Assembly (NCBI GenBank): GCA_963749155.1
Contig: CAVVLO010000007.1
Location: forward strand, 1 to 62,928
DNA length: 62,928 nucleotides
DNA from: an uncultured Armatimonadia bacterium
GTDB lineage: Bacteria; Armatimonadota; Zipacnadia; CAVVLO01
Direction: 5' to 3'
The position numbers and the translations under genes are program-made. Below are positions 10,337-19,894 of this stretch, piece after piece. The notes below the pieces were generated by a model, which saw nothing but the letters and a program-made list of their open reading frames with translations, ran no database searches and was not told the DNA's origin. Each line of letters opens with the position of its first letter. The first letter of the stretch is position 1.

Positions 10337-11069
10337 CGTTATATACGGGTGCGATCTGTTCTCCTGGGGGCACGATGAGGAAGTCTTCCTCGTTCCACTC
10401 GCCCCAGAGCAGCTTCTTCAGGAGAATCAGGTCGGCTTGCTCCTTCTGGAAGGTCCAGCCTTTACGTTCAGCCTCTTCTCGGGCGCCTTGTTCATAGTTG
10501 GAGAAGTCGCCGAAGGGCACTTCGAGGTAGCAAAGGGTGTCATATTTGGCCGTGCCGCCCTCTCCCCCAAGCGTTTCGAGGATGTATTGAGCGTTCTCTT
10601 CGCCATACTTCTCGATGAGTTCGGCATAGTTTATGGAAGAAAGCCCAAGCTGCGTCATCGTGCTGTCGAGTTGGCCATTCTCGAGCAGCTCGGGATGTTC
10701 GCGCTCTATCCATCCTGTGCTGCGGAAATAAGTCCCAGGATGCTCATCGAAGAAACGCCGATAACGCTTGCGCGAGCCCAAAAGCAGCGTGATGCAATCA
10801 TGGCAGCGCGGCACTACCAGCGGCAGGTGACAATGCAGTCCCTGGATGCCGTTGCCGCACAGGCCATACCCCAGCAGGATGGCCTCATATTCATCTTCGG
10901 GCACCGCATCGAGGGCTTCCTGCAAGAGAGAACTCATCTTCGGAGCGCCCATATCGTGCAGGCCTTTCTTCATAAACTGGACATCCACGATATGCGGGGT
11001 TGTCGCAAGCAGCCAGCACAGTTCGCGATACAGGATGTCACAGGCGATTAACTTGTACTTATGAGCCAT
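10302..11069 (-). CDS. DUF1638 domain protein
   Basis: LIACDIL, GLH..., ILLGYGLCGNG, VPRCHDCITLLLGS, GTYFRSTGW signature. Confidence 0.85.
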   Translation of the reverse strand: MAHKYKLIACDILYRELCWLLATTPHIVDVQFMKKGLHDMGAPKMSSLLQEALDAVPEDEYEAILLGYGLCGNGIQGLHCHLPLVVPRCHDCITLLLGSRKRYRRFFDEHPGTYFRSTGWIEREHPELLENGQLDSTMTQLGLSSINYAELIEKYGEENAQYILETLGGEGGTAKYDTLCYLEVPFGDFSNYEQGAREEAERKGWTFQKEQADLILLKKLLWGEWNEEDFLIVPPGEQIAPVYNDAEIIRCDRCN

Positions 11070-11084
11070 ACCTCGTGCTCCATC

Positions 11085-11122
11085 AAAAAAGATGCCTCCG
11101 GCGCTCGAAGCCACCGGAGGCG
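11085..11122 (-). terminator. Rho-independent terminator after the UroD-family gene
   Basis: Minus strand GCCTCCGG-tggcttcgagcg-CCGGAGGC followed by ATCTTTTTT. Confidence 0.7.
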
Positions 11123-11124
11123 CA

Positions 11125-11153
11125 ATCTTACTCTATCTGGCCCAGCTTGTCAG
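11125..11153 (-). promoter_or_regulatory. Putative internal sigma70 promoter for DUF1638-MFS
   Basis: Minus strand CTGACA-N17-TAAGAT immediately before the hairpin. Confidence 0.4.
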
Positions 11154-12244
11154 TCGATGCCCAGCAGCTCTTTCTTCCGCTTGATGTAGTACTGGAAGTT
11201 GGGATAGCTGATGTCGGGCGGCATCGAATGGTCTACCGAGATGACCATCCCGCCTTCGAGGGTCTCGGGGGTTATGCGCCTGGCCAGTTCAGCCTCGATG
11301 GCCTCGGGGCCTGCGGCGATTGCCCGCTTGTCGAAGCCGCCTTCGAGCCGAAGCTCCTTGCCGAACTGACGCCTCAAGCCTACGATGTCCACGTCCGAGG
11401 CAACCTCGCAAGGGTAGAAGTAATTGACTCCGCCCTCGAGCCACAGGGGGATGAGTTCATCACAATTGCCATCGCTATCCACGTAGCAGAGGTCTATCCC
11501 CTTGCTGCGCACGAGGTCGGTGACCGCTTTGTAGCCCGGCAGCATAAACTCCCGGAAGCTCTTCGGCGAGATAAGCGGGCCGCGCTTGTAGCCCATATCC
11601 TCCCAGAAGCCAACTGCCTCGGGCAGGTCGTCCTTCATCAGGTCGAGGGCGCGCCCGTAACTGTCGAGGAAGAGCATCGTGATATGGTCTTCAATCTCAT
11701 GCAGCAGCTTCGGGTCGTCGTAGAGGAGGAAAAGCAGGTTCTCGACGCCCATAAATTCTCGGATAGGTCCGAAGAAGCCAACACACCTGGCCCCGTAGAG
11801 CCTGATGGCAAGCCCAGCCTCGTGCAAGGCTTTGGCTTTCTGGGCCAAATCAGCGGGTACGCGGTCAGGTGAGGGCTGCATCCGCTCATCGCGGAAACGC
11901 TCCCAGGAGGCGCGGTCCGTAACAGGGAACTCAAGAAACTGGGGCATCGAGAGCTCTTTGTCCGCCCCCTTATGCTCTTTCAGGAGCTGACCACTCTCGT
12001 TGATGTAGACGATGTCTTTCTCGTCCTCTTCCAGCACCTTCACTTCATACTGCGGATAGGGCCCGCACTGCACATTGAAGACCGGCCACTGGTCCATCGC
12101 CTGAAACTCGGGGATTGGTCCAGGCTCAAGGCCCTCTGTCAGCCATCTCTGATGTGTGTGATACCACGGTCCCCAGTCCCAATAGGGCGGGCGGTCTACG
12201 GGCTTGTAGTGGAACCAGTTGCTGATGCGTTCACGGCTGGTCAT
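11150..12244 (-). CDS. UroD / methyltransferase-II family protein (DSDG...DH subtype)
   Basis: MTSRERI N-terminus, GFFGPIREFMGVENL, FWEDMGYKRGPLISP, YVDSDGN, GGFDK, SVDHSMPPDISY. Confidence 0.85.
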   Translation of the reverse strand: MTSRERISNWFHYKPVDRPPYWDWGPWYHTHQRWLTEGLEPGPIPEFQAMDQWPVFNVQCGPYPQYEVKVLEEDEKDIVYINESGQLLKEHKGADKELSMPQFLEFPVTDRASWERFRDERMQPSPDRVPADLAQKAKALHEAGLAIRLYGARCVGFFGPIREFMGVENLLFLLYDDPKLLHEIEDHITMLFLDSYGRALDLMKDDLPEAVGFWEDMGYKRGPLISPKSFREFMLPGYKAVTDLVRSKGIDLCYVDSDGNCDELIPLWLEGGVNYFYPCEVASDVDIVGLRRQFGKELRLEGGFDKRAIAAGPEAIEAELARRITPETLEGGMVISVDHSMPPDISYPNFQYYIKRKKELLGID

Positions 12245-12253
12245 TGAATCCTC

Positions 12254-14506
12254 CTAAGGCAGCTTCGGGCCTGTGTTGGTAACTGTAAGCAGATAATTGC
12301 CAGGTTTTATATCGAAGGCCAGGTCAGGCCCTTCCCCACTTGCCACTTCGCCGCCGGCCGCCAGTTCCAGCTTCCAGGCGAAGGGGCCAGTGTTCCAGTC
12401 ATGCCAGACGGTCTTGCCTTTGGGCACGAGTCGCAGCCGCACTTCTCCAGCCTCGACTACAGTGAAACGCGCCCTGAGAGCAGGATCGAGTAACTCGAAC
12501 TGGGTGAAGCCCGGCTGACCGCCAAGCAGTTCGAGGTGGGGTGTCGGCTGGCCGGCCAGTGAGGCCAGGCCTTCGACCTCAAAGGGCTCGAGCCTGATCC
12601 CTTGCAACTCGAAGCCTTGCTCTGTCTCACGGTAGCAAAGCCACGGGCAGCCTTTGCGGAAGGCCCAGGGAGTGCCGCTGGCCGGGACAAGGGCCTTCTC
12701 GAGTTCGACTTTCGTGCCCTCGGTGCGCCAGTTCACCAGCACTGCGCCGCGCTCGAACTGCTGCAGATGCACGTTCGGTTGCTTCACGCCTGTGATGCGG
12801 CAGACATATTTCACCAGTTGCTGCCAATCGGCAAGTCCCACTGGAAGGCCTTCGAGGCGAAGCTGCTTGCCGCGGCGCTCAATTACCTCCCCTGCCGGCA
12901 AGGTCCAGGCCAGCTTTAGCGCTCCGGATACCTCTGGCAAATCCACCTCGCGTTGCACCGCAAGCTGCTCGGAGAAGGCCAGTTTGCCGGTCGCGGGGGT
13001 AAACAGAGGATCAAATCCCCGAGGATATTCCAGCACTACCAGCGGAGCGAGCCGGCTTTGAAGCTGCTTGATGACGCCCTCTGGCTCAGCGCAGGCGTCA
13101 ACCACCCAGACGGCCTCATAAGGATTGGTCTCGAGCAGGGCCAGAGCGCGCGGCGAGTGTTCTTCCATCACATCGAACAGGTCGCCTTCGGGGGTGTCCA
13201 TCAGGGCGATTAGCTGCCGCAACACTCCTCCGTAGAAGGCATCATCGGCGTCAGGCAGCCAGAAGGCGTTGCGCGAAACGATAATCGCGAAGGGCTTGTG
13301 AGAGGCGCCAAGGCGCGTTTTGGGTTGCAACAGGTCCAGGTCGGCGCGCAGGTTGCTTGTCTCTCTCAGCAAGGCCCCTTCCGAATAAAGCGAGCATCCG
13401 CCACTATCGCCTGGGATAGCCCAGCTAAACAGCGTCCACAGGCCGACTGGCTCCGACAGGGCGCGCCAGATGACACAGCGGACCTCGTCGGGCGTGGGCG
13501 TGAAGAACCGTTCTCCGCGCTTCTTGCCAAACTCGGTCAGCGCCACCGGCCGGCCATAAGCCGCCGCAAAAGACGTCTCCATCGCGACCGAGCCGAGGAA
13601 AGTGCTTTCCTGCGGGTAACAGGTGATGCCACAGACATCAACGGGCACCTCTGGCCAGTAGGACCAGTCGGTATCATAGCGCGGGCTGAAGCCTGCCGCG
13701 TCTACCCAGCGGCTGACAAGCGGCAGGTCGGGCATTTCGGCCTTCGCTCGCCTCGCCAGTTGCCCCTGATAATGGACCTGAGTCAGCCAGGGCCGGAACC
13801 GGTGCATCCATACCCGCACCAGCCAGTTGTCATCCGAGGGAAGGATGGCCCCCCAGTTTGCAAAAGGCTGCCCGGCAGCCTCTGAGAAAGCCTCCAGGGA
13901 GGGATACTTCTCGGAGAGCCACTGCTGGAAGAGCGCCACCGTATGCGGATTGCCCCCCAGCTCTTCTACTTCTAGCCAGGCGCCCATGCTTGGTTCGGAT
14001 TCGAGATATACGCCGACTACGGCCTGGCTGTCGGCGGTCTGGAGACGCTGTTTAATGACTTCCAGACGCTTCGCCAGCAGGTCGTATAGCGCGGGATTGG
14101 CAAGGCAGGTGCGCGAGGTGGGCGTACCGTCCAGCTTGAGTTCTGCCCAGTCGGGCAGAGCCGCCTTGTCAGCCTCGGACAGCGTGCACTGGCCACAGAC
14201 TGAGGCCCCATATTCATGCCCAATATGAAGCAGCGTCTTCAGGCCTTTTTCCTCAGCCCAGGGCCCGAAATCACCGCCATTGTCCACCGAGATGAGCGGG
14301 TCGAAGGCTGGCCTGAGCAGTGCCAGTTCCGCGTCATCATGATTGGCCAGCCCTAGAATCTGTACCCCTGGCCAGCTTGGATAATAGAAAGTCGTGATGA
14401 GAGGGCGCGCAGAAGTCGCCTGCTCGAGCCAGGCGCCATCCCAGGGAGCAGCGGCAGCCAGGCTGCAAAACAGCAGCCCACAAACCAGGAGCACAAGCCA
14501 GGGCAC
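12254..14506 (-). CDS. Secreted GH42-like glycoside hydrolase
   Basis: AAGGAGG RBS then GTG; signal peptide; LESEP acid/base; FQQWLSEKYPSLEAF GH42-like segment; ALTEFG putative nucleophile. Confidence 0.65.
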   Translation of the reverse strand: MPWLVLLVCGLLFCSLAAAAPWDGAWLEQATSARPLITTFYYPSWPGVQILGLANHDDAELALLRPAFDPLISVDNGGDFGPWAEEKGLKTLLHIGHEYGASVCGQCTLSEADKAALPDWAELKLDGTPTSRTCLANPALYDLLAKRLEVIKQRLQTADSQAVVGVYLESEPSMGAWLEVEELGGNPHTVALFQQWLSEKYPSLEAFSEAAGQPFANWGAILPSDDNWLVRVWMHRFRPWLTQVHYQGQLARRAKAEMPDLPLVSRWVDAAGFSPRYDTDWSYWPEVPVDVCGITCYPQESTFLGSVAMETSFAAAYGRPVALTEFGKKRGERFFTPTPDEVRCVIWRALSEPVGLWTLFSWAIPGDSGGCSLYSEGALLRETSNLRADLDLLQPKTRLGASHKPFAIIVSRNAFWLPDADDAFYGGVLRQLIALMDTPEGDLFDVMEEHSPRALALLETNPYEAVWVVDACAEPEGVIKQLQSRLAPLVVLEYPRGFDPLFTPATGKLAFSEQLAVQREVDLPEVSGALKLAWTLPAGEVIERRGKQLRLEGLPVGLADWQQLVKYVCRITGVKQPNVHLQQFERGAVLVNWRTEGTKVELEKALVPASGTPWAFRKGCPWLCYRETEQGFELQGIRLEPFEVEGLASLAGQPTPHLELLGGQPGFTQFELLDPALRARFTVVEAGEVRLRLVPKGKTVWHDWNTGPFAWKLELAAGGEVASGEGPDLAFDIKPGNYLLTVTNTGPKLP

Positions 14507-14517
14507 AGCGGGCCTCC

Positions 14518-16752
14518 TTAAGGGGCCAGTATGAAAGTAGGCCACAGGACAGGGCTTGCTCCCTCGGCCAGGCCAGGCGCCAGGGCGAAGGAGGTTGCTT
14601 CGGTCCGGGGCGAGTCAGTTGCGTGCAGCACGACATTGGCTCGCAGCAAGGCGCCTTCCGAAAGCTCTCTGCCTAGCAGTGCCCAGGGCACCGCCACTTC
14701 ATAGCTCGTGATGCCCTCGCTGTGTTTCACCTTGAAATAGAAACGCTCTGGCTGCATCTTGCCCGGCCCATGCGCCGAGTGAAGCACAGGGCCCTTGTCG
14801 GTAAGCGCAAGCTGCAACACACAATCGTCGGGAGCCGGCAGCGCCGTGGCTTCTCCCGCAGTTGACAGGCCCACTGTCAAGGCATCTCCGCGCCACAGCA
14901 AGCCCTTCGAATGGGAGTTCGTGGGCATCTCGTCAGGCACCTCGGCCGCCAGATAAAGGAAATTGTCGTCATATCCAAGCCAGCAGGTGGCCCGTTCGAT
15001 GGGGCTGATGCGGGTAAACTTCCCGGGCTGTTCCATCTCGCGTGTCTCGGAAAGATAAAAGGCTTTCTTCCCGGCCCATTCGTCGAGTGCTCCATCTACC
15101 CTGGCAGTGAGTGGATTTACCAGTCCCCAGCCAAGAGGCCGGGTCAGGTCGAAAGCCACCGCGCCCGCTGTGCCGAAAGTTGCCGCAGCGCCCAGCCTGT
15201 AAAGGACACCTGGCTCCGGGACGAAGGAAAGCGGCACCTTCACGAACTGGGTCGAATTTGCTTTGGCGGTATAAGCCTGGGTAGACCATTCTTTCTTGCT
15301 GCCCGCTTCATCCGTCCAGGCGCTGACCCAGATCTCCCCCGAGGCGGGGCGGAGTGACCGGTTCTGGAGCAGCACAGGCACGACAGGCTTGCCTTCACTA
15401 TCAGTTTGCTGCACCAGCGCAAGGTCGACGCGCAAGGGCGCGACCACCTGGATGCGCGCGCGCCCCTCGAGCAGTTCCTGCCCGCCGAGGGTGCCAGTTA
15501 TCGTGAGTCCGGCAGCCCGTTCGGGGGCGCCAGCCACTAGCACCTGAACTGGCAAGATAACCTCCGAGCGAGGCGGCAGGTCGGCCTTCAAAGTGAGCGC
15601 GGCGATTTGGAAGCTGGGGTCGGCCACGAGCTGTAATTCGGCTTTCCGCGCCAGTGAATCGTAATTCCTGAGCACGAGGGGCAAAGTCAGTTCATCGCCC
15701 ACCGTGACGGAGGCAGGATAACTCCCTACGCCAATGAAGGCGCCTTTGGTATAGGCGTCCGCCCAACGACGCGTCACGCGCAGCCTGCCCTCTCCCTTTT
15801 CAAGACTTGGCTCTACCTGGGTGCCAGCAACCCAGTCATTGAAGCTGTCAAGGACAATCCAGTCGGGATCGAGCGGGATGAGAAAACGCCAAAGCTGTTC
15901 TTGCCAGGTTTCAGGGGTGAACTGATACCCCTGGGCCTGCATCACCTGGTCGAGGTTGGGCGAGAATCCTGTCGAGAGCACGGGCGCGGTAAGCAGCCCC
16001 AGCCTGCGGCCTTCACCGACCAGATAGGAATATGTCTCATCCGGAGCGCCATAAGGGCCAAACGGAGAGGCGGCCAGGCCAGCCGAAAAGGCCCCAAATT
16101 GCTCGGCCAGCACCGAAGGCGCGACCTGAGGCACGAGTCGCCACTTGTAGGTTTTCGTGTCGAGTTGCTTGAAGACGAGGAGCCACTCATCACCAGTCAA
16201 CGATTTTACGCAGGCTTCAGAAAGAAACAGCACGCGCGTCCCATCAGGGGCGAACCAGGCCGGACTTGCGCCAAAGCCGGACAAGAGATAATCGAGCGCC
16301 GAGGCGACTTCGTAGGGCTCGCCAGGCCAGGAGGCGTCTACAAGACAGGTGATTTTAAGAGCGCCATCGCGCTCTGCCAGGGGAAGCAGCTTGGCAAGGC
16401 AGGCCTCTTCCTGCCCGCCTCTCGCCCCCCAGCGCACGATGAAGGCGTCGATTGAATTGATGCGCGCCTGCCGCAGATGGCCTTCCAGCACGGCAGAGTC
16501 CGTAGAATCATACGGCCCCCCCTCTGGCGTCAGAACGGAAGCCAGGTCAGGCTGGCCGGTCTCGGAAAGGGTGGCCGGGTCGTGGCCCTCGGCATTCCAA
16601 AGACGCCAGGCGCCCGAGCCTTCCGGATTGCCGTAGCCGCCCTCGTAAAGGGCCAGCACATATTTGGCCGGTAGCTCCGAGGCCGGTGAGGCCAGCGCAT
16701 AAGCGCCAGCAAGCAGCAAGCAGCAAACAAGCAGGCGGGTTAATAATTTCAT
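14518..16752 (-). CDS. Secreted GH99-like protein with Ig-like linkers and a C-terminal CBM9/DOMON-like domain; catalytic motif degenerate
   Basis: Signal peptide; YGNPE, GPYDSTD, IDAFIVRW, SFNDWVAGTQVEP; C-terminal VDGALDEW...GYDDNFLYLAAEVPD...YEVAVPW. Confidence 0.75.
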   Translation of the reverse strand: MKLLTRLLVCCLLLAGAYALASPASELPAKYVLALYEGGYGNPEGSGAWRLWNAEGHDPATLSETGQPDLASVLTPEGGPYDSTDSAVLEGHLRQARINSIDAFIVRWGARGGQEEACLAKLLPLAERDGALKITCLVDASWPGEPYEVASALDYLLSGFGASPAWFAPDGTRVLFLSEACVKSLTGDEWLLVFKQLDTKTYKWRLVPQVAPSVLAEQFGAFSAGLAASPFGPYGAPDETYSYLVGEGRRLGLLTAPVLSTGFSPNLDQVMQAQGYQFTPETWQEQLWRFLIPLDPDWIVLDSFNDWVAGTQVEPSLEKGEGRLRVTRRWADAYTKGAFIGVGSYPASVTVGDELTLPLVLRNYDSLARKAELQLVADPSFQIAALTLKADLPPRSEVILPVQVLVAGAPERAAGLTITGTLGGQELLEGRARIQVVAPLRVDLALVQQTDSEGKPVVPVLLQNRSLRPASGEIWVSAWTDEAGSKKEWSTQAYTAKANSTQFVKVPLSFVPEPGVLYRLGAAATFGTAGAVAFDLTRPLGWGLVNPLTARVDGALDEWAGKKAFYLSETREMEQPGKFTRISPIERATCWLGYDDNFLYLAAEVPDEMPTNSHSKGLLWRGDALTVGLSTAGEATALPAPDDCVLQLALTDKGPVLHSAHGPGKMQPERFYFKVKHSEGITSYEVAVPWALLGRELSEGALLRANVVLHATDSPRTEATSFALAPGLAEGASPVLWPTFILAP

Positions 16753-16789
16753 ACTTGCCTCCAGGCCCCCGGCAGGGGCCTTGCCAAAC

Positions 16790-18068
16790 TCAATTGCCTG
16801 GCGCTTTGAGCAATACGCCCTGGCCAGGTGCAAGCCAGACTGATTCACCCTCGAAAGACGCCAAGTGTGCCCGTGTAAGGACAGAGCCACTCGCCTGGGC
16901 CTTCGCCAGTTGTCCATTCAACTCCCATCGGGGCCGAACGCACCAGGTCCAGGTTTACGATAATCGCCCAGCGCGTGCCATCCTCGTGGCGGAACTCGCC
17001 CACCAGTGCTGGCACGCCCGAATGCAGCGCCTTCAGCACCTGACCGCCCTCTGGCTCGAGTCCAGGCAAGCCATCCCGGGCCTCTGGGAAAGTATACAGC
17101 CCGGTCGAGGTCGGCCGGTTGATAGTCGGCGCCAGTCCGCGCAGCTTCAGATTCACGTTGCGAAGCACATCAAAAGTAGCGGTCTTGTTGCCGAAGACGT
17201 CAATTGCCGCAGCTCGATAATTGCCGTGCAGCCGGTCGTGGAAGGTGAAATAGACCAGCCCCCTTCCCCCTGCCGCCAGCGTTGTGAAAGCCTGCAGGCG
17301 CGTGGTCGCAGGGCTTGGTTCGGCGTATGAGAAGTGCGCGTTGCCCAGCACGACATTGCAGTAGGGCAGCCCGCTCGCAAGCGAGGCGCGCCTGAAAGCA
17401 TCCAGATTGGCGAAGTAGCCTGCCCGTATGGAGCCATCTTCCATCAGCGAGTAATTGTCATAACTCAGCACATTGGGCCCAACTTCGGCGATGAACCGGG
17501 TCACATATTCGTCATAACTGGCCGCCCCGAGTTGTTCGGGCGAGGCGTAGTTGGGAAAGAGATTCACGAAAATCAGCTTCCCGGGCGCATATTTGGCAAT
17601 CGCTTTGGCCACCACGCTGATTCCTTGGAACCTGGCAGTATTCGGCTCATCGGTAAGCAGATAACCCAGCACCCAGGGATTGGACGCCGTTTCGGCTGCA
17701 AGAGACTTGACGCGCTCTTCCACCTGGGCTGGGTCAACGTTCAGCCAGTCATATTCCGAACAGCGCGGGTCCCATACAAGTGCCGCCAGTCGATGGCGCT
17801 GGCAGAGCCCAAGCTGGGCTACACTGGCAGGCGCTACGAGGGTCATCCCGCACTCTACCGCCAGGCGCGCGCCCTCTTCCTCGGTCAGTCGTCCGCCTAC
17901 TCCTGCAAGCTCGCCCCAGCCGCCAATCGGGAAGAAAGCCCTGGCCTTGTCACTTGCCTCCATCCCTGCTGGCCACTGGCCGCCATACAGGCCTGGCTCT
18001 TCGAAAGCCAAAGCTGGCAGACTTAAAACAAGAATCAGCCCGAGTAGCAATACTAGCTCCTGTTGCAT
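16790..18068 (-). CDS. Secreted uncharacterised TIM-barrel glycoside hydrolase-like protein; +1 frameshift near 16850
   Basis: Signal peptide; GYLLTDEP, FVNLFPNYA, LSYDNY, LAAGGRGLVYF; true C-terminus ...SVWLAPGQGVLLKAPGN* ends at 16790; GGAG RBS. Confidence 0.7.
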
Positions 18069-18232
18069 TGGACTCCTCCGCAGGTGGGAAGTTCTTCTTA
18101 TCTTCTGGCCATATATTCGCTTTGGCCAGGCAGTTTCCTCCGGGGGACCGAGCTAGCCAATTCGGCAAGCGTTACCAGGTGGGGTTGGTGCGGTATAATG
18201 AAGCGGCAACTGCCAAAGCTGGGTTGAAAACA

Positions 18233-18985
18233 ATGCTCGCAGGTTTTGTTTCCGCAACAGTGCTCTGCCTGATTGGTGTCTTTATCGTCTATTCGGTGAT
18301 GAAGAGCCAGTGGGGGTTTGGCTGGAGGTTGCTTGCGGGCATCATCGGCCTGTTGCTTTTCCTTTTCGGAGTCGGCAATTTCCTCCTGCTGCCTATGTTG
18401 AAGCCCCTTCCCCCCATTGATATCGCCGAGGAGCCGGTCGTTAAGGATACGCTGGAGCAGGCCTGGACCGCCTGGCAGAGTGAAGACTGGAAATCGCTTT
18501 ACAACCTGATGTGGCCTGCCGCGCGCGATGTCAGCCCGCCTAGAGAACAGCTTTACGAGCTCTGGGCGACCCAGCGCAAAGAATTATATGGCGATCAGCC
18601 GATTCCCGAGGCGCTGGAGCAGATTCAGCTTTCCCATTCGCCAAGCTATGTTACGCTGCTGGTGTTTGAACTGCTGGTGCCGGATCGCGAGCAAGCCGCC
18701 ATCCTGTGGAATCTGGCCAGGGAAGAAGGTGTAACGGCACTGCAATATACGGCAGGCAGATACGAGTTTGGCGCCGTGCTGGTAAAACAGGGCCCCGAGT
18801 GGAAGCTGATAGCAAGCCCCGCGACACTTATTGTCAGCACGGACGGCAAGCCCGCCAATAAAACAATGGGGGCGCTGAGAGAAGTGCCAGGTTTTGGGTC
18901 AAAGCAGCCGAAGACTGAAAGCGACTTGCCCGAGGAGACCCCTGCAGAAACGCCTGGGCTGGCGCCTGTTGCACCCGAAGGTTAG
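18233..18985 (+). CDS. Hypothetical membrane protein (two N-terminal TM helices, soluble C-terminal domain)
   Basis: Clean ORF; TATAAT at 18194-18199 upstream; the ORF-track extension back to 17780 is antisense to the previous gene. Confidence 0.65.
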   Translation: MLAGFVSATVLCLIGVFIVYSVMKSQWGFGWRLLAGIIGLLLFLFGVGNFLLLPMLKPLPPIDIAEEPVVKDTLEQAWTAWQSEDWKSLYNLMWPAARDVSPPREQLYELWATQRKELYGDQPIPEALEQIQLSHSPSYVTLLVFELLVPDREQAAILWNLAREEGVTALQYTAGRYEFGAVLVKQGPEWKLIASPATLIVSTDGKPANKTMGALREVPGFGSKQPKTESDLPEETPAETPGLAPVAPEG

Positions 18986-19821
18986 TCCTCGATGGACTCG
19001 TCTTCGGCTTCTTCGCCAGCGCGGGAAAGCTCTGCGTCTTCCTCATCGAGGAAGGCTTCCACATCGTGTTCCAGTTCTGCAAGCGCAGCCTGCTGCTGGT
19101 CAACCGGGGCGTGACTGCGGAAGTAGATAGGCGGACGCACGGAGACCCAGCCCCAAAGCCGCCCTCGCTCGAAGCCAAAATCCGAGAGGACTTCCTCCAC
19201 GGTCTTGCCCGTCTCAGCAGCCAGGCGCGGGGTAAAAGCCGCTTCCCACACCAATACTCTGACCAGGGTGCTGAGGAAGAAATACCCCGGCACCAGTGTC
19301 GCGAGCAAGACATATTCGCGATAATCTCCCTCCCCAAAGGGGATGAAGAACAGTATGGGCAGCGCGGCGATGAAGCCTACCAGCGGCACCAGGAAGGCCA
19401 TTGCCTCGAACAGGCTGGCGGTTTTGCGGTCCCTCTGGCGGATAAGCACGAGCCTGGCGACGCTGGCTGCAACTTTGCCTGCGGTCTGGGGAGCATCCTT
19501 TGCCCCAAGGAGCAGTGCGGCTGAAGGGGCGCGGTGCACCAGACGCGCGCGGTACCAGGCGCTGTAGAGGCCCGAGGCCAGTGTAAAGCCAAGCGCGAGC
19601 ACGCAAGCCACCAGCAGGAAATTCGCATTGCCGGCTTCCACCTGGTCTTCCAGCCTCAGACTGGCCAGCAACACCCCGAGAAGGACAAGTCCCCAAAAAC
19701 CAAGCTCCGCCGGCCAGGCGCGCGCCTCGCAAAGCTCCTGGGCTGCCAGGGCCGCTTTTTGCAGCACGGTGCGCGGCGATTCGGCGCTGCCTGTGCCAGA
19801 CTGGACTGCCTGCTCGGTCAA
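18982..19821 (-). CDS. Hypothetical integral membrane protein with an acidic C-terminal tail
   Basis: About 4 TM segments; GGAGG RBS before TTG; TACAAT upstream. Confidence 0.65.
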   Translation of the reverse strand: MTEQAVQSGTGSAESPRTVLQKAALAAQELCEARAWPAELGFWGLVLLGVLLASLRLEDQVEAGNANFLLVACVLALGFTLASGLYSAWYRARLVHRAPSAALLLGAKDAPQTAGKVAASVARLVLIRQRDRKTASLFEAMAFLVPLVGFIAALPILFFIPFGEGDYREYVLLATLVPGYFFLSTLVRVLVWEAAFTPRLAAETGKTVEEVLSDFGFERGRLWGWVSVRPPIYFRSHAPVDQQQAALAELEHDVEAFLDEEDAELSRAGEEAEDESIED

Positions 19822-19894
19822 GGGTGTTCCTCCCCCGGAGTTATTTGTTCGTCAAATCGATTGTACCGCAAGCGCCAAGCCGCGCAAAGCATCT

